Positions 1-9,654 of a DNA stretch of 32,000 bases are shown piece by piece. The position numbers and the translations under genes were made by a program. The stretch comes from Synechocystis sp. PCC 6803 substr. PCC-P (lineage in GTDB: Bacteria > Cyanobacteriota > Cyanobacteriia > Cyanobacteriales > Microcystaceae): positions 1,080,001 through 1,112,000 of the forward strand of contig NC_017039.1 in the NCBI RefSeq assembly GCF_000284455.1, in the 5' to 3' direction. Each line of letters starts with the position of its first letter. Position 1 is the first letter of the stretch. The notes below the pieces were generated by a model. The model had not been told where the DNA came from and ran no database searches. It saw only the letters and a list, made by a program, of their open reading frames with translations.

Positions 1-756
1 AATTTAGGCATTTCTCCCCAACGATTTCAGACCTTGATGGACGATGGTTTAGCTTTTCAGTTGGGTATTGACCCCCAGCAAAGGTTGGAAAAGAACCCCA
101 ATACCAATGGTGCCCCTCTGAGCCTCGGCTCCCCAGAGCAACAGATGGCCATGACCATCACTGTGTTGGATGCCTTGGAAAGTTTGAGTCGAGAAGCTAC
201 GAGGGATTTTGCCCAAAACAATTCCGGCGATCGCCGCCGCTGGATTCCGAGGGTAAATCAATTGCGCCTCAGCAGTCGTAGTTTTTACGATTTGGTCAAT
301 GCCCGTTTCCATCACTATTTACCCATGGTCAGCCCTGCTTTATTGGGGGAACCGGAATTTGAGCAACGCCCCCTGGCCCAGGTATGGAATGCCATGGCCT
401 TTGACAGCTTGGCAAGCCTGGAGGATGAAAGCCATTACCAAAGACTGAGTTTTGACGATACCAATCAGCTCAACCTCAATGGCACCCTGGAGCCAGGAGA
501 AGGCTATGCCTATGCTGTTACCATTCCCCCCACAGAGGAGTTCAGCCTACAATTAACCGCCCCTCCCACCGCTCGAATTTCCTTCTATCCCCCCACCGGG
601 CCGGAGGTAATTCTGCAAAATTCTGCCATGCACCGCTGGTCTGGCCCCACTGACCAAGCCGGTTATTACGAGTTGGTAATCACATCGGTAGCGGAGGAGC
701 CGATCGCCTTTGAACTGGAACTCAGTATCATTCCCGCCAGTGCTCAACCATTTTGA
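1..756 (+). CDS. C-terminal part of a larger protein of unknown function (5' end outside the window)
   Basis: The frame of the 34..756 ORF has no stop back to position 1 (NLGISPQRFQTL precedes the listed TTG start). The C-terminal ~110 aa look like a beta-rich domain (GTLEPGEGYAYAVTIPP...YYELVITS). No catalytic motif recognised. Confidence 0.6.
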   Translation, partial: NLGISPQRFQTLMDDGLAFQLGIDPQQRLEKNPNTNGAPLSLGSPEQQMAMTITVLDALESLSREATRDFAQNNSGDRRRWIPRVNQLRLSSRSFYDLVNARFHHYLPMVSPALLGEPEFEQRPLAQVWNAMAFDSLASLEDESHYQRLSFDDTNQLNLNGTLEPGEGYAYAVTIPPTEEFSLQLTAPPTARISFYPPTGPEVILQNSAMHRWSGPTDQAGYYELVITSVAEEPIAFELELSIIPASAQPF

Positions 757-949
757 ACCGATGTGGAATAATCAATTTTCCCTTGGATGCACACAAAATA
801 TCGCCACAACAGTAAACGACGAATCGGGAGAATTTTCCCCAGAACTTGCCTGTCCAACCAGACTTCTTAACCTATTCATAATCTTGTCAAAGACCCAAAT
901 TCCTATCCTACGATGGAGACAACGGAGCATTTAGGGTGATTTATTTGAC

Positions 950-1951
950 ATGGAAACAACACATAGCTTTGGCGATCGAGCAGTTTTCGCCTTCGGGAAA
1001 CACACTGGAAAAATTTTTAAATATGCCCCTAGGGTTTTAAAAGATCAAGACCCAGAGGATCTGCATCAGTTGCGGGTGGGGGTACGACGGTTAAGAACGG
1101 CGGTCATTGGTTTTATGCCAGCCGTGCAATTACCCCAGGGCATTACGGAAAGAAAAATCGGAAAAATAGGTCAACAGTTGGGAGTGCAACGGGACAATGA
1201 TGTTTTGCAGGAAATTTTGCTCCATAAATATTTACCCCATTTACCAACATCGGAACAAGGTTGTTTGGAAAAAGTTTTAAAACGTTTACAAAAGGAGCGA
1301 AAACAGGCGTTTAAAGCCACCTATAAATTGTTAACCCACGACAAATTTACTCAATTTAAACAGAGCTGGGAAATATGGCTAGAACATCCCCACTTCACTA
1401 GCCTCGGTGGTTTGGCGATCGCCGATGTATTACCTGATTTACTTCTGCCCCAACTGAGCCAATTTTTTCTTCATCCCGGTTGGTTGGTTGGTACAGAAAT
1501 TGACCCCGATACTAACAGTTCAAACCGACAACGTCGCTGTATTGACCTCAGTCCTACCGCCATTGAAACTTTGTTAGACGGGGAAGAATCAATTTTGCAC
1601 GATTTACGTAAAGAAGCAAAACGCACCCGCTACCAAATGGAGCTATTTAGCGATTACTTTGGGGAAGAATATCAACAATTATTAGCCCAGGTAAAAATGA
1701 CCCAAGAAATCCTCGGCAATTTGCAAGATAGCTTCGTTTTGAGGGCCATGGTGGAGCAGTACCTGGATGTAGACCTAAAGCAACTCTGTCCCCAATGGAG
1801 TGCTATTTTCCATGGCGATCGCCTGGGATATTGGGACCAATGGCAACCATTGCAGAGCCAGTTTATCGACCCCGTATATCGTCACCACTGTCGTCAACTG
1901 GTGCAAAATCCCCTTGTAAACAGTGACCAGCCAACTTCTAGCAACCTTTAA
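950..1951 (+). CDS. CHAD domain-containing protein (polyphosphate-granule-associated family)
   Basis: ATG start. Paired CHAD-type basic helix motifs LHQLRVGVRRLRTA and LHDLRKEAKRTRY. All-helical, 333 aa. Confidence 0.75.
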   Translation: METTHSFGDRAVFAFGKHTGKIFKYAPRVLKDQDPEDLHQLRVGVRRLRTAVIGFMPAVQLPQGITERKIGKIGQQLGVQRDNDVLQEILLHKYLPHLPTSEQGCLEKVLKRLQKERKQAFKATYKLLTHDKFTQFKQSWEIWLEHPHFTSLGGLAIADVLPDLLLPQLSQFFLHPGWLVGTEIDPDTNSSNRQRRCIDLSPTAIETLLDGEESILHDLRKEAKRTRYQMELFSDYFGEEYQQLLAQVKMTQEILGNLQDSFVLRAMVEQYLDVDLKQLCPQWSAIFHGDRLGYWDQWQPLQSQFIDPVYRHHCRQLVQNPLVNSDQPTSSNL

Positions 1952-2141
1952 AGTTGGTGCCTGATGGTTTCCCAAACTGACAAAGCAATCATCCTCGCCC
2001 CGGGTTAGGGAATTTACGATGGTCTGGAGACGCCATTATGCTTGGGACACTCTTTAGCATCTATGGTTTAGCTTCTTTTGAAATCTGGGCTGCCACTACA
2101 ATTAATCCAGGGGCGCTAGTACCTCCGCAAAAGGAGACTCC

Positions 2142-2396
2142 ATGACTAACAATGACAATATTCGCTTAGAGCAGATCTCCGAAGATCTTGAAGCTCAAAG
2201 ACATAGCTTGAATGAACAGGGGCAACGCCTAGACCGAATTGAAACGATTCTTACTAACCTAGTGACAGAAATTAAAATCTATGACAGCAAACTAGATACT
2301 TACCAGAAAGCTTCCCAGCAAATTGTCAATATTGCCTTTGGCCTTTTGGCCACCTCGGCCCTCGCCATAATCATTCCCGCCGTTCTTAACCGCTAA
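2142..2396 (+). CDS. Small coiled-coil protein with a C-terminal transmembrane helix (hypothetical)
   Basis: Good Shine-Dalgarno (AAGGAG, GGAG at 2133-2136) 5 nt before the ATG. N-terminal heptad-like region, then hydrophobic tail [22 protein letters not shown]. Confidence 0.6.
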
Positions 2397-2552
2397 GGTT
2401 GGCGTACAACTCCATGGAGTTGCCACGGGAAAAATCACCTTGCCATCAAGGGTTAGTGAGCTTTATTTCTACTCCCCATGCTCGACTAACTCAGAAAACG
2501 GAAAAACCCTGAAAGCCCATAACATCCAGGTAGAAAAACTCTAAACTAGAAA

Positions 2553-2626
2553 TGGCTCGGGGCGGATTTGAACCGCCGACCTTGGGCTTATGAGTCCCCT
2601 GCTCTAACCAACTGAGCTACCAAGCC
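2553..2626 (-). tRNA. tRNA with CAU anticodon (elongator Met or lysidine-modified Ile2); no encoded CCA
   Basis: The reverse complement folds as a cloverleaf by hand. Acceptor stem GGCTTGG/CCGAGCC, D arm GCTC-AGTTGGTTA-GAGC, anticodon loop CTCATAA, T arm GGCGG-TTCAAAT-CCGCC. The anticodon stem has only 3 G-C pairs, flanked by G.A and A.G. Confidence 0.85.
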
Positions 2627-2655
2627 TTGTCTGTTTCTCCAACGGACAGTTAACA

Positions 2656-2683
2656 ATGATACACTAAATTCCCAGCATCGCAA
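2656..2683 (-). promoter_or_regulatory. Candidate sigma70-type promoter for the tRNA(CAU) gene
   Basis: On the minus strand: TTGCGA (2683-2678), 16-nt spacer, TATCAT (2661-2656). The -10 element ends ~29 nt upstream of the mature tRNA 5' end, just after the recJ stop. Confidence 0.3.
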
Positions 2684-2691
2684 AATAATTT

Positions 2692-4971
2692 TCATGGCTT
2701 GTCGGGTACGGTGGCCAAAAGCTCGGGGGTTAGGGACACCTGGCTGAAATATTGCTTTTGGAATTGTTCTTCTGCAATTAAAGTTTCAATTTGGCGGACC
2801 AAAGCTTTCGGCCAAGCACTGCCTGAGTTTAACGCTGGGCCGTACTCTTGGATTAGGACCAGAATTTGACTTGCTAAGCCATGGCTAAAATCCCATTGTT
2901 TTTGCAAGCTGAGGGGAGAAAGTTGGGCCGTTTCCCGCCCATGCCATTGGGCTTCTAGTTCGGCCACTAAGCTACTAGGGCATTGGGGTAAGAAATGATA
3001 ATCCAACACTAGGGGTTGCTGGGCGGCGATCGCCTGTTGGTAGGCCCGGCGCAATTCTGACCAACTGCTGGGACAGGTGCGGAGGACATGACCTTGGGGA
3101 GAAAGATCCTGGTCTGGGGCATGGGGGGAACGGCGGTCAATTAAATTGGTACTAGTTTGACTAGGGGCAATTCCTTGGGGTTGATGTAAGCGGAAATCGA
3201 TCAGGCGCACTTCATACTGCCGGTCGTAGGTGTTGAAGTCTAATTCCACCACCAGATCCAACGGTTCATTTTGGGGCAGTTCATCGGGATGGTGGCCCCA
3301 CCAAACCCCAGGGCATTGAACAACTTGGCCATCGTCATCGGTTTTAGGCGGATAGTCCGTTACCCGAAAGCTGGTTTTTAGGTAGGACACTTTATTACCA
3401 GTGCGGTCTTTGATATTGCGAAAGCTGGGCCTCCCGACTTGCACATTTTCCAGTAGTAGTTTGGGTGCGGGGTTACCCATGCCATAGGGTTCAAGCAAAT
3501 TAAATTCCCGAAAGAGGTCCTGTCCTAAATCTGCCACCTTCACTTGGAGATCCACTGCCAGAATCGGATCCAAGCTGATCTGGGCTCCGTAGCTTTGCCA
3601 AAACTGTTGATTGACCGCTTCCGTGAACAACGGCAATTTATCCAAAGGCAAGCTCAAACCGGCGGCAAAGGGATGGCCTCCAAAGCCCAGCATTAAATGT
3701 CGTTGACTGTGCAGTAGGGCATAAAGGTCAATGTTGGCCACAGAACGGGCTGATCCTTTGGCAATTTTCCCATCTTGGGTGTTGAGCAAAATGGCCGGAC
3801 GGCCACAGGTTTGGGCTACATGACTGGCGGCTAGGCCCAAAACCCCTGTAGGCCACTGGGGATCGGTGAGTACTACTACCCCGGTGGTGGATAGGTCAAT
3901 GTTTTGGAGTCGTTGGTCAATTTCGATAATGACAGATTTCTGTAATCCCTTGCGTCTACTGTTGAGGGTTTCCGCTTCGGCCGCCAATTGGTTACAAACT
4001 TTTGTGTCCCGACTGGTGAGTAGTTCTACTCCAAAGCTAGCATCCCCTTTAATGCGACTGATGGCGTTGATGCGGGGGCCAATACCAAAACCAATGTCTG
4101 TGGGCCGATCGCCGTTGCGATTGCAAAGGTTAAGTAGGGCATGGATGCCAGGGCGGGTGGCAGTGGCTGGATCTTTTTGGGTACGGAGTTGGGCAATGCC
4201 CCGTTGGGCTAGGTAACGACAATCACCTTGCAGGGTAACCAAATCGGCAATTAGACCGATCGCCACTAAATCTAGTAAATCCTCCAAGGGTTGTTGGGGC
4301 ACTGTGGGATATTGGTTGTAGAGAGCTTCCACCAACTTAAAAGCCACTGCTACTCCGGAAAGGTTAAACAGGGGATGGCCATCGGCAAAGTAACGGGGGT
4401 TAATAATGGCCACCACCTCCGGGCGATCGTCTGGCAACGTATGGTGGTCGGTGACAATTACATCCATGCCCAACTGCTGGGCATAGACAATTTCGTCCAA
4501 ATTTGTACTGCCAGTGTCGCAGGTGACAATTAACTTTGTACCCTGGGTTGCTAAGCGTTCTAGTCCCGGTCGGTTGAGGCCGTGGGACTCCCGTAAACGG
4601 TTAGGGATGGTGTAGGTCAACTGGCTATCCTGGGGAAAAAATTGCCCCAATCCTTCCCATAACACTGCAGTGGAAGTAATGCCGTCGGCATCGAAATCCC
4701 CCCAAATGGTGACTTTTTCCTTCTGGGCCATGGCCTGGCCCAACCTTTGTACAGCCCATTTCATTTCCTGGCCAAATTCCCAAGGGCTGGTGGGAGTATA
4801 ACAATCCGGGGAAAGAAACCCACCCAACTGATCCGCTGACTGAATGCCCCTTTGCCACAGTAATTGGGCGGCAAATTGACCGCTGGATTGGCCACAATGG
4901 CGACGCACCTGTTCGACAAAAATAGCCGGGGGAGTAACAGGGGGAATTAACTGCCAACGAAATTGGGCCAT
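2692..4971 (-). CDS. recJ: Single-stranded-DNA-specific exonuclease RecJ
   Basis: 759 aa. DHH-family motifs (GDFDADGITS, VIVTDHH) and DHHA1-type GGHPFAAG. Long C-terminal extension. Confidence 0.9.
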   Translation of the reverse strand: MAQFRWQLIPPVTPPAIFVEQVRRHCGQSSGQFAAQLLWQRGIQSADQLGGFLSPDCYTPTSPWEFGQEMKWAVQRLGQAMAQKEKVTIWGDFDADGITSTAVLWEGLGQFFPQDSQLTYTIPNRLRESHGLNRPGLERLATQGTKLIVTCDTGSTNLDEIVYAQQLGMDVIVTDHHTLPDDRPEVVAIINPRYFADGHPLFNLSGVAVAFKLVEALYNQYPTVPQQPLEDLLDLVAIGLIADLVTLQGDCRYLAQRGIAQLRTQKDPATATRPGIHALLNLCNRNGDRPTDIGFGIGPRINAISRIKGDASFGVELLTSRDTKVCNQLAAEAETLNSRRKGLQKSVIIEIDQRLQNIDLSTTGVVVLTDPQWPTGVLGLAASHVAQTCGRPAILLNTQDGKIAKGSARSVANIDLYALLHSQRHLMLGFGGHPFAAGLSLPLDKLPLFTEAVNQQFWQSYGAQISLDPILAVDLQVKVADLGQDLFREFNLLEPYGMGNPAPKLLLENVQVGRPSFRNIKDRTGNKVSYLKTSFRVTDYPPKTDDDGQVVQCPGVWWGHHPDELPQNEPLDLVVELDFNTYDRQYEVRLIDFRLHQPQGIAPSQTSTNLIDRRSPHAPDQDLSPQGHVLRTCPSSWSELRRAYQQAIAAQQPLVLDYHFLPQCPSSLVAELEAQWHGRETAQLSPLSLQKQWDFSHGLASQILVLIQEYGPALNSGSAWPKALVRQIETLIAEEQFQKQYFSQVSLTPELLATVPDKP

Positions 4972-5011
4972 GGTTAGAGAATTGAAAGGGATTCCATACT
5001 AACTTTTTTGC

Positions 5012-8008
5012 CTACTCGGAAGCATGCTTACCATCCACTCCGGCAGAAACTTCCGTCAGACTAGCTCTATATTGGGGAAATTGACCCATAAGTTGCTCCA
5101 ATCGACGGCTATCAAAATTTTCCAAAGCCTTGATAATGCTCTGACCATAGGTGTGTAAATCTTCCCAGCCATATTCGTTCCCCCAACTTGAAAGGCGATC
5201 GCCAAAGTTTCTTATTTGCCGGGAAATGAGGGTATGGCGTAATTTATTCCAAACATTAGTTTCTTCCTGTTCCAGCAGAGAAATCAATTGTTGTCGTTGG
5301 GCTTGGTCAATGAGGGGGACTGCCCTAGGGAAGCCTTGGCTAGGCCCGTTGTGGTTGCCTAAGGAGTTGTTGTCAGGGGCCATATTCCCAACCCTAGTGG
5401 GCAAAAGTTTTTCCGTTGTATTGGCGGAAGATGAAGACATCGACCCTAGGCGATCGGTTAAATTTCCCCCATCACCATTGGTGAGGTCGGACTTGAGTGA
5501 ATTTTCCACCAAACGTACCGCTGGGAAATGCAAAATAAACGTGCTCCCCTCCCCCAGCCGACTGGAAAGACTTATTTCTCCCCCTAATAATGCAGTCAAG
5601 CGCCTAGTAATGGTCAAGCCCAAACCTGTGCCCCCATATTTGCGAGTGCTCTGGCCCTGACTTTGGGTGAAAACATCAAAAATCTTCGCTTGGTCTTCTG
5701 GAGCAATGCCGATGCCCGTGTCAGTGACTTCAATGGCTAGAGAAATATAGGTGCCCTGGGAACGGACTTGAATGCCTTCCACGCCAATGTAAATAAAAAC
5801 CTGTCCCTCCTCCGTAAATTTAAGAGCATTACCCACTAAATTAAATAAAATTTGTCGCAGACGTACCGCATCAAAATAAATAGCTTGGTTTAAGGTTTCA
5901 TCTATTTGGATAGTTAACAACAAACTCTTGCTTTCAGCTTTGTAATCAAAAATTTGTTTGATTTCCCTAATTATTACCCTTAAATCTACTGGCTCTAGAT
6001 GGATGACTAATTTGCCTGCTTCAATTTTAGAAATATCTAAAATGTCATCGATCAGTGCCAACAAAATCTTACTACTAGAACCAATGGCATTGAGATATTT
6101 CTTGGTTTGGGACAAACTAAGATCTTTTTGTAAAAGTAAGTCGCAAAAACCCAAAATAGCATTCATTGGAGTCCGAATTTCATGGCTAATATTAGCTAAA
6201 AACTCACTCTTAACACGGTTGGCTAATTCGGCACTTTCCTTTGCTTCCCTCAACTTAATTTCAATGCGCTGACGTTCTTCGATTTCCCCCGCTAGTTGCT
6301 TATTAATCACAATTAAAGTGTGGGTTCTTTCCGCCACTCTCATTTCTAAGTTATCCTTGGCCTGCTTAATGATTTTAAACTGATTTTGCAAAGTAATCAG
6401 CATTTCATTAAAGTTTTCATTCAGAGTAATTACTTCGCTGACTTCACTACGGAGAGCAATGGGAGTTAAGCCTTGGTATTGCATTTTAGTGGGAATGTCA
6501 GTGGTGATTTTAGCTAAAGTTAATAATGGATTAGCTACCCGCTTACTCACACCAATGGCAACCACCAAACCCACTAGACTTAAAAATAATAGCAAGCCCA
6601 ATTTTTGTACTGATTGAGCCTGTAGTTTTTCGATGCTTTCCCGAGCGGGCAAACCAAGCACTAATTGCCAATCATTAATTTTATCCAAGGGCAAAATATG
6701 ATAATAATAGGAGTCGCGCCAGCGGATGGTAGGATTAGCCGGTGTATCGGGATACCAATGGTAATTTGATGAGCCTAAATCCCGAGGGTCTCCCCCCTCA
6801 AAAGGTTGATAGATTTCCAATGGTAATACATTAGCAATGGTGCTGGCTACCACTTGATTTTGCCCATTGATGAGGGTAATATTTAATTCCTTACTGACCC
6901 TATTTGCATATAGAAGGTCTTTCATTTTAGCCAGGTTTAAAGAAGCATTAATAAAGCCCTCAAAGCTATTGTTAGCCACTAGTGGAATAGTGATAGCCAC
7001 ATGGGGATCGACGTTCACATTGGTGCGGTGTAGTGGAGATACTTGTATTTGCGAGGGAATGGAAAAACCAGCTATTTTTTCTGCTTGAATCAGTCCTAGT
7101 CGTGATTCTCCCACTTCATTAAATTCAGGAGAACTGGCAATAATTTGCCCCTGGCGATCGCCGACATAAATATTACTAAAGCCAGTAAAAGCTGTTTGTA
7201 TGGTGTGGGTCATAAGGCTAAGGGCAGGTAGTTGCGCCCCATTACCCTGGTTGATTGCAGCTACTAAAGGTAAGATTTCGGTGGCAAAAACCTCTGCTCC
7301 TTCCAGATGACTTTGATACCAATCCTCAACAGAATTTTGAATGGGTATGGATAAAGCTGTTAGTTCTTGGACTGTTTGCTTTTCCATTTGTACAAAAGCT
7401 TCTTGACCATTAACAACAGTGATAAAAAAGAGGGGGAAAAAGACAAATGCCACCAGCAAATTAAACAAAGTCTGCTCAAAAGACAGTTTTTTCCAGGGAA
7501 AAAAAGCTGGATTAGTCGAGGGGGAAAACTTCTGCTTCGACAAACCAAAGCCAGTGATTAAAAAACTGGCAATTAAACTATTAAAAATGCCATTGGTAGC
7601 TTGCTTAAGAGTGATTAAACTGGTGGTAACCGAGGTCATATTTAAGCCCCAACGGTAAAAAATATAAACCAACGGTATGCCAATTAATAGCCAAAAGAGA
7701 CTATTAATTAGGACTAAGTTTGTTTGCCGGCGGCGCAACATCAAGCCCACCACCAGGGCTTCCAGGATGATTATTAATATGCCGTAGCCATGGCGCCAAA
7801 TGATCAGGGTGTGACTACCGGCGATCGCCGCACTAACTAGACCCCAGGGCAAGCTATAGCAAACCAAAACCAGTAAAGTGGCAATGCTGCCAAAAAGAAA
7901 ATCAACTCCAAAAAATATATGTAACTTGAAATAGTTTCCCCCGTAACCCGCTAGCAAAAGGCAGGGCAAAAGCCAGTATTTTTGTAGGAGATCAAGAAAT
8001 TTGCCCAT
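5012..8008 (-). CDS. Membrane-bound sensor histidine kinase (multi-TM N-terminus, extracytoplasmic sensor region, HisKA+HATPase, extra C-terminal helical tail)
   Basis: H-box SHEIRTPMNAILG, N-box LFNLVGNALKFT, G-boxes DTGIGI and GGTGLGL. About 6 N-terminal hydrophobic helices plus another TM before a coiled coil. 998 aa. Confidence 0.9.
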   Translation of the reverse strand: MGKFLDLLQKYWLLPCLLLAGYGGNYFKLHIFFGVDFLFGSIATLLVLVCYSLPWGLVSAAIAGSHTLIIWRHGYGILIIILEALVVGLMLRRRQTNLVLINSLFWLLIGIPLVYIFYRWGLNMTSVTTSLITLKQATNGIFNSLIASFLITGFGLSKQKFSPSTNPAFFPWKKLSFEQTLFNLLVAFVFFPLFFITVVNGQEAFVQMEKQTVQELTALSIPIQNSVEDWYQSHLEGAEVFATEILPLVAAINQGNGAQLPALSLMTHTIQTAFTGFSNIYVGDRQGQIIASSPEFNEVGESRLGLIQAEKIAGFSIPSQIQVSPLHRTNVNVDPHVAITIPLVANNSFEGFINASLNLAKMKDLLYANRVSKELNITLINGQNQVVASTIANVLPLEIYQPFEGGDPRDLGSSNYHWYPDTPANPTIRWRDSYYYHILPLDKINDWQLVLGLPARESIEKLQAQSVQKLGLLLFLSLVGLVVAIGVSKRVANPLLTLAKITTDIPTKMQYQGLTPIALRSEVSEVITLNENFNEMLITLQNQFKIIKQAKDNLEMRVAERTHTLIVINKQLAGEIEERQRIEIKLREAKESAELANRVKSEFLANISHEIRTPMNAILGFCDLLLQKDLSLSQTKKYLNAIGSSSKILLALIDDILDISKIEAGKLVIHLEPVDLRVIIREIKQIFDYKAESKSLLLTIQIDETLNQAIYFDAVRLRQILFNLVGNALKFTEEGQVFIYIGVEGIQVRSQGTYISLAIEVTDTGIGIAPEDQAKIFDVFTQSQGQSTRKYGGTGLGLTITRRLTALLGGEISLSSRLGEGSTFILHFPAVRLVENSLKSDLTNGDGGNLTDRLGSMSSSSANTTEKLLPTRVGNMAPDNNSLGNHNGPSQGFPRAVPLIDQAQRQQLISLLEQEETNVWNKLRHTLISRQIRNFGDRLSSWGNEYGWEDLHTYGQSIIKALENFDSRRLEQLMGQFPQYRASLTEVSAGVDGKHASE

Positions 8009-8026
8009 GGGAAACCGGAGCTGAAA

Positions 8027-9445
8027 TTAGGGAATAGAAGGGGCCCGTCGATAAAGAATTACCTCGTTCTCTTGATATTCTGGCGTAAAAGCTGAATCCT
8101 GACTCACCCGCTGGGCTAGGGCTTCCACCGTGCCCTGGGAATTTTCCCAACCAGCGTAGTTAGTCTGCAACAATACGGCATCAAAACGGTTCAGATCGAA
8201 GGGAGCTTCCGCTTCAATGGCTAATTCCAAATCTGGTCGATGGCTCAGGTGGGCCGCCAGGTGGGGCGAAGTCAAAACCCGATCACCTGGTTGCACTAAG
8301 GACACCGCCGTTTGTAGGTTAGCCAATTGTCCCCAATGGTGCCAATACCGGCCGAAAAAATAAGTGTATTTCCCCAAAGCTAAAAAGGCGATCGCCGTCC
8401 AGAGAATAATCCACCGGAGCTTTTTTAACCAACTACTGCCCTGATACCAATGGGTCATCACCACTAGGAGCAAAAAGGGCAAAATTGGCAATGAATATTG
8501 ATGAATTAAATCTTTTTGGGGCAGATAATCGGTGACCAAATTAACAAATAGGGCGGGAATGGCGGGGATAAACATAGCCCAAGCTTTGCCCCAAATTCCC
8601 CAAATAACCGGCGCAGTTAATAGCACCAAATAAAATAAATTATCCAGGGTAAATAACATCCCTAAAACAATTTGGGGTTTAAGAATTAAATTTAAAATAA
8701 TTTCTGCAACGGAATCCCCCAGGAAACTATAACGACCCACCGCCGCTGCTTCCTCTCCGCTAAAAGCAGGAATAATACCTTTGGTGGTAATGATAAACCA
8801 GGCAATGCCCGCCACGGTGGTAATGAGTCCCATTAACCTTTTTCTTTCCCAAATCAATAACCAAATGCCTAGCATAAATACGGTGAGGGAAAGTACTGCT
8901 TTGCTAGCCAAGATTGTGACTAAACTAATTAAGAAAATCCCCCACTTATTCGCCCTAGCGCTCCACACGGCCCAAAGCAGAGCAGGTACGGCGATTACTT
9001 CAGTGTGAAAGTCAAATAAATTGATGTTAAAAATTAGGGGATATAGGCCATAAACCAAGGCCATGGTTAAACTTTCTTTTTCCCCCAGTCCCGTTTGTTT
9101 TGCCAATTGCCAAGTGGGCCAAGCTCCCAAGGCTAAGGCGATCGCCTGGATCAGAAATAACCAATAAACGGAGGGATAAATTTTGTAAAAAATCGCTATG
9201 GGATAAACCAAAAAGGCGGCGTGGTCCCCCAAAATATGGAAACCCCGAAAGGAAACTCGGGGATATTCCCCCTGACTGATCAGATAAATAGCCTGGTCAA
9301 AGAAACCCAAATCGAGAGCAGTGGATTGGAACAGCCAATGGCGCACCGTGGCACAGATGAAGAGAATGACTGCACCGATCGCCATCCCGACCAGCAAAGA
9401 ACGGGGGGGCAAAAATCCTTCAGGCTTGCTCTGGCTTACTTCCAT
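8027..9445 (-). CDS. Polytopic membrane protein, DUF2079-like (glycosyltransferase-C-like fold suspected)
   Basis: 472 aa with about 10 or more hydrophobic helices and a soluble C-terminal ~90 aa. The family assignment is from memory of similar cyanobacterial proteins and is not verified. Confidence 0.6.
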   Translation of the reverse strand: MEVSQSKPEGFLPPRSLLVGMAIGAVILFICATVRHWLFQSTALDLGFFDQAIYLISQGEYPRVSFRGFHILGDHAAFLVYPIAIFYKIYPSVYWLFLIQAIALALGAWPTWQLAKQTGLGEKESLTMALVYGLYPLIFNINLFDFHTEVIAVPALLWAVWSARANKWGIFLISLVTILASKAVLSLTVFMLGIWLLIWERKRLMGLITTVAGIAWFIITTKGIIPAFSGEEAAAVGRYSFLGDSVAEIILNLILKPQIVLGMLFTLDNLFYLVLLTAPVIWGIWGKAWAMFIPAIPALFVNLVTDYLPQKDLIHQYSLPILPFLLLVVMTHWYQGSSWLKKLRWIILWTAIAFLALGKYTYFFGRYWHHWGQLANLQTAVSLVQPGDRVLTSPHLAAHLSHRPDLELAIEAEAPFDLNRFDAVLLQTNYAGWENSQGTVEALAQRVSQDSAFTPEYQENEVILYRRAPSIP

Positions 9446-9654
9446 GGTGACTCAAGTACGGCTAAAAACGGGGCAAAATTTGCCAAAACTCCTCCAACAT
9501 TAGCAAACCAAGGGCGTCCTATTGCCCTATTCGGAAAGGCTGAGGGCTTAATTGCCATTGCGGACTGGGCAAACATGATCCTTGCAAGCTCTTTCAGTCC
9601 CCAGGCTAGGATGAAAGGGAATTAGCAATGAATTTTGGAACAGGTTAAGTATCC

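Noticed and set aside
3866-4216. Antisense or alternative-frame ORFs within recJ (3866..4216, 4291..4533, 4625..4957)
   Set aside because: They are embedded in the recJ coding region, with skewed composition and no recognisable domains. They are chance open frames.
5151-7658. Several 60-170-aa plus-strand ORFs and one minus-strand alternative-frame ORF (7360..7548) inside the histidine kinase gene
   Set aside because: All overlap the kinase CDS and show Lys/Ser/Leu-rich mirror-frame composition. There is no independent support for any of them.
9472-9484. GGCAAA-A-TTTGCC inverted repeat in the divergent promoter region between the DUF2079-like gene and the sugar kinase
   Set aside because: It is a 6-bp half-site palindrome with no second copy in the window. 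It is too short to distinguish from chance without genome-wide data.
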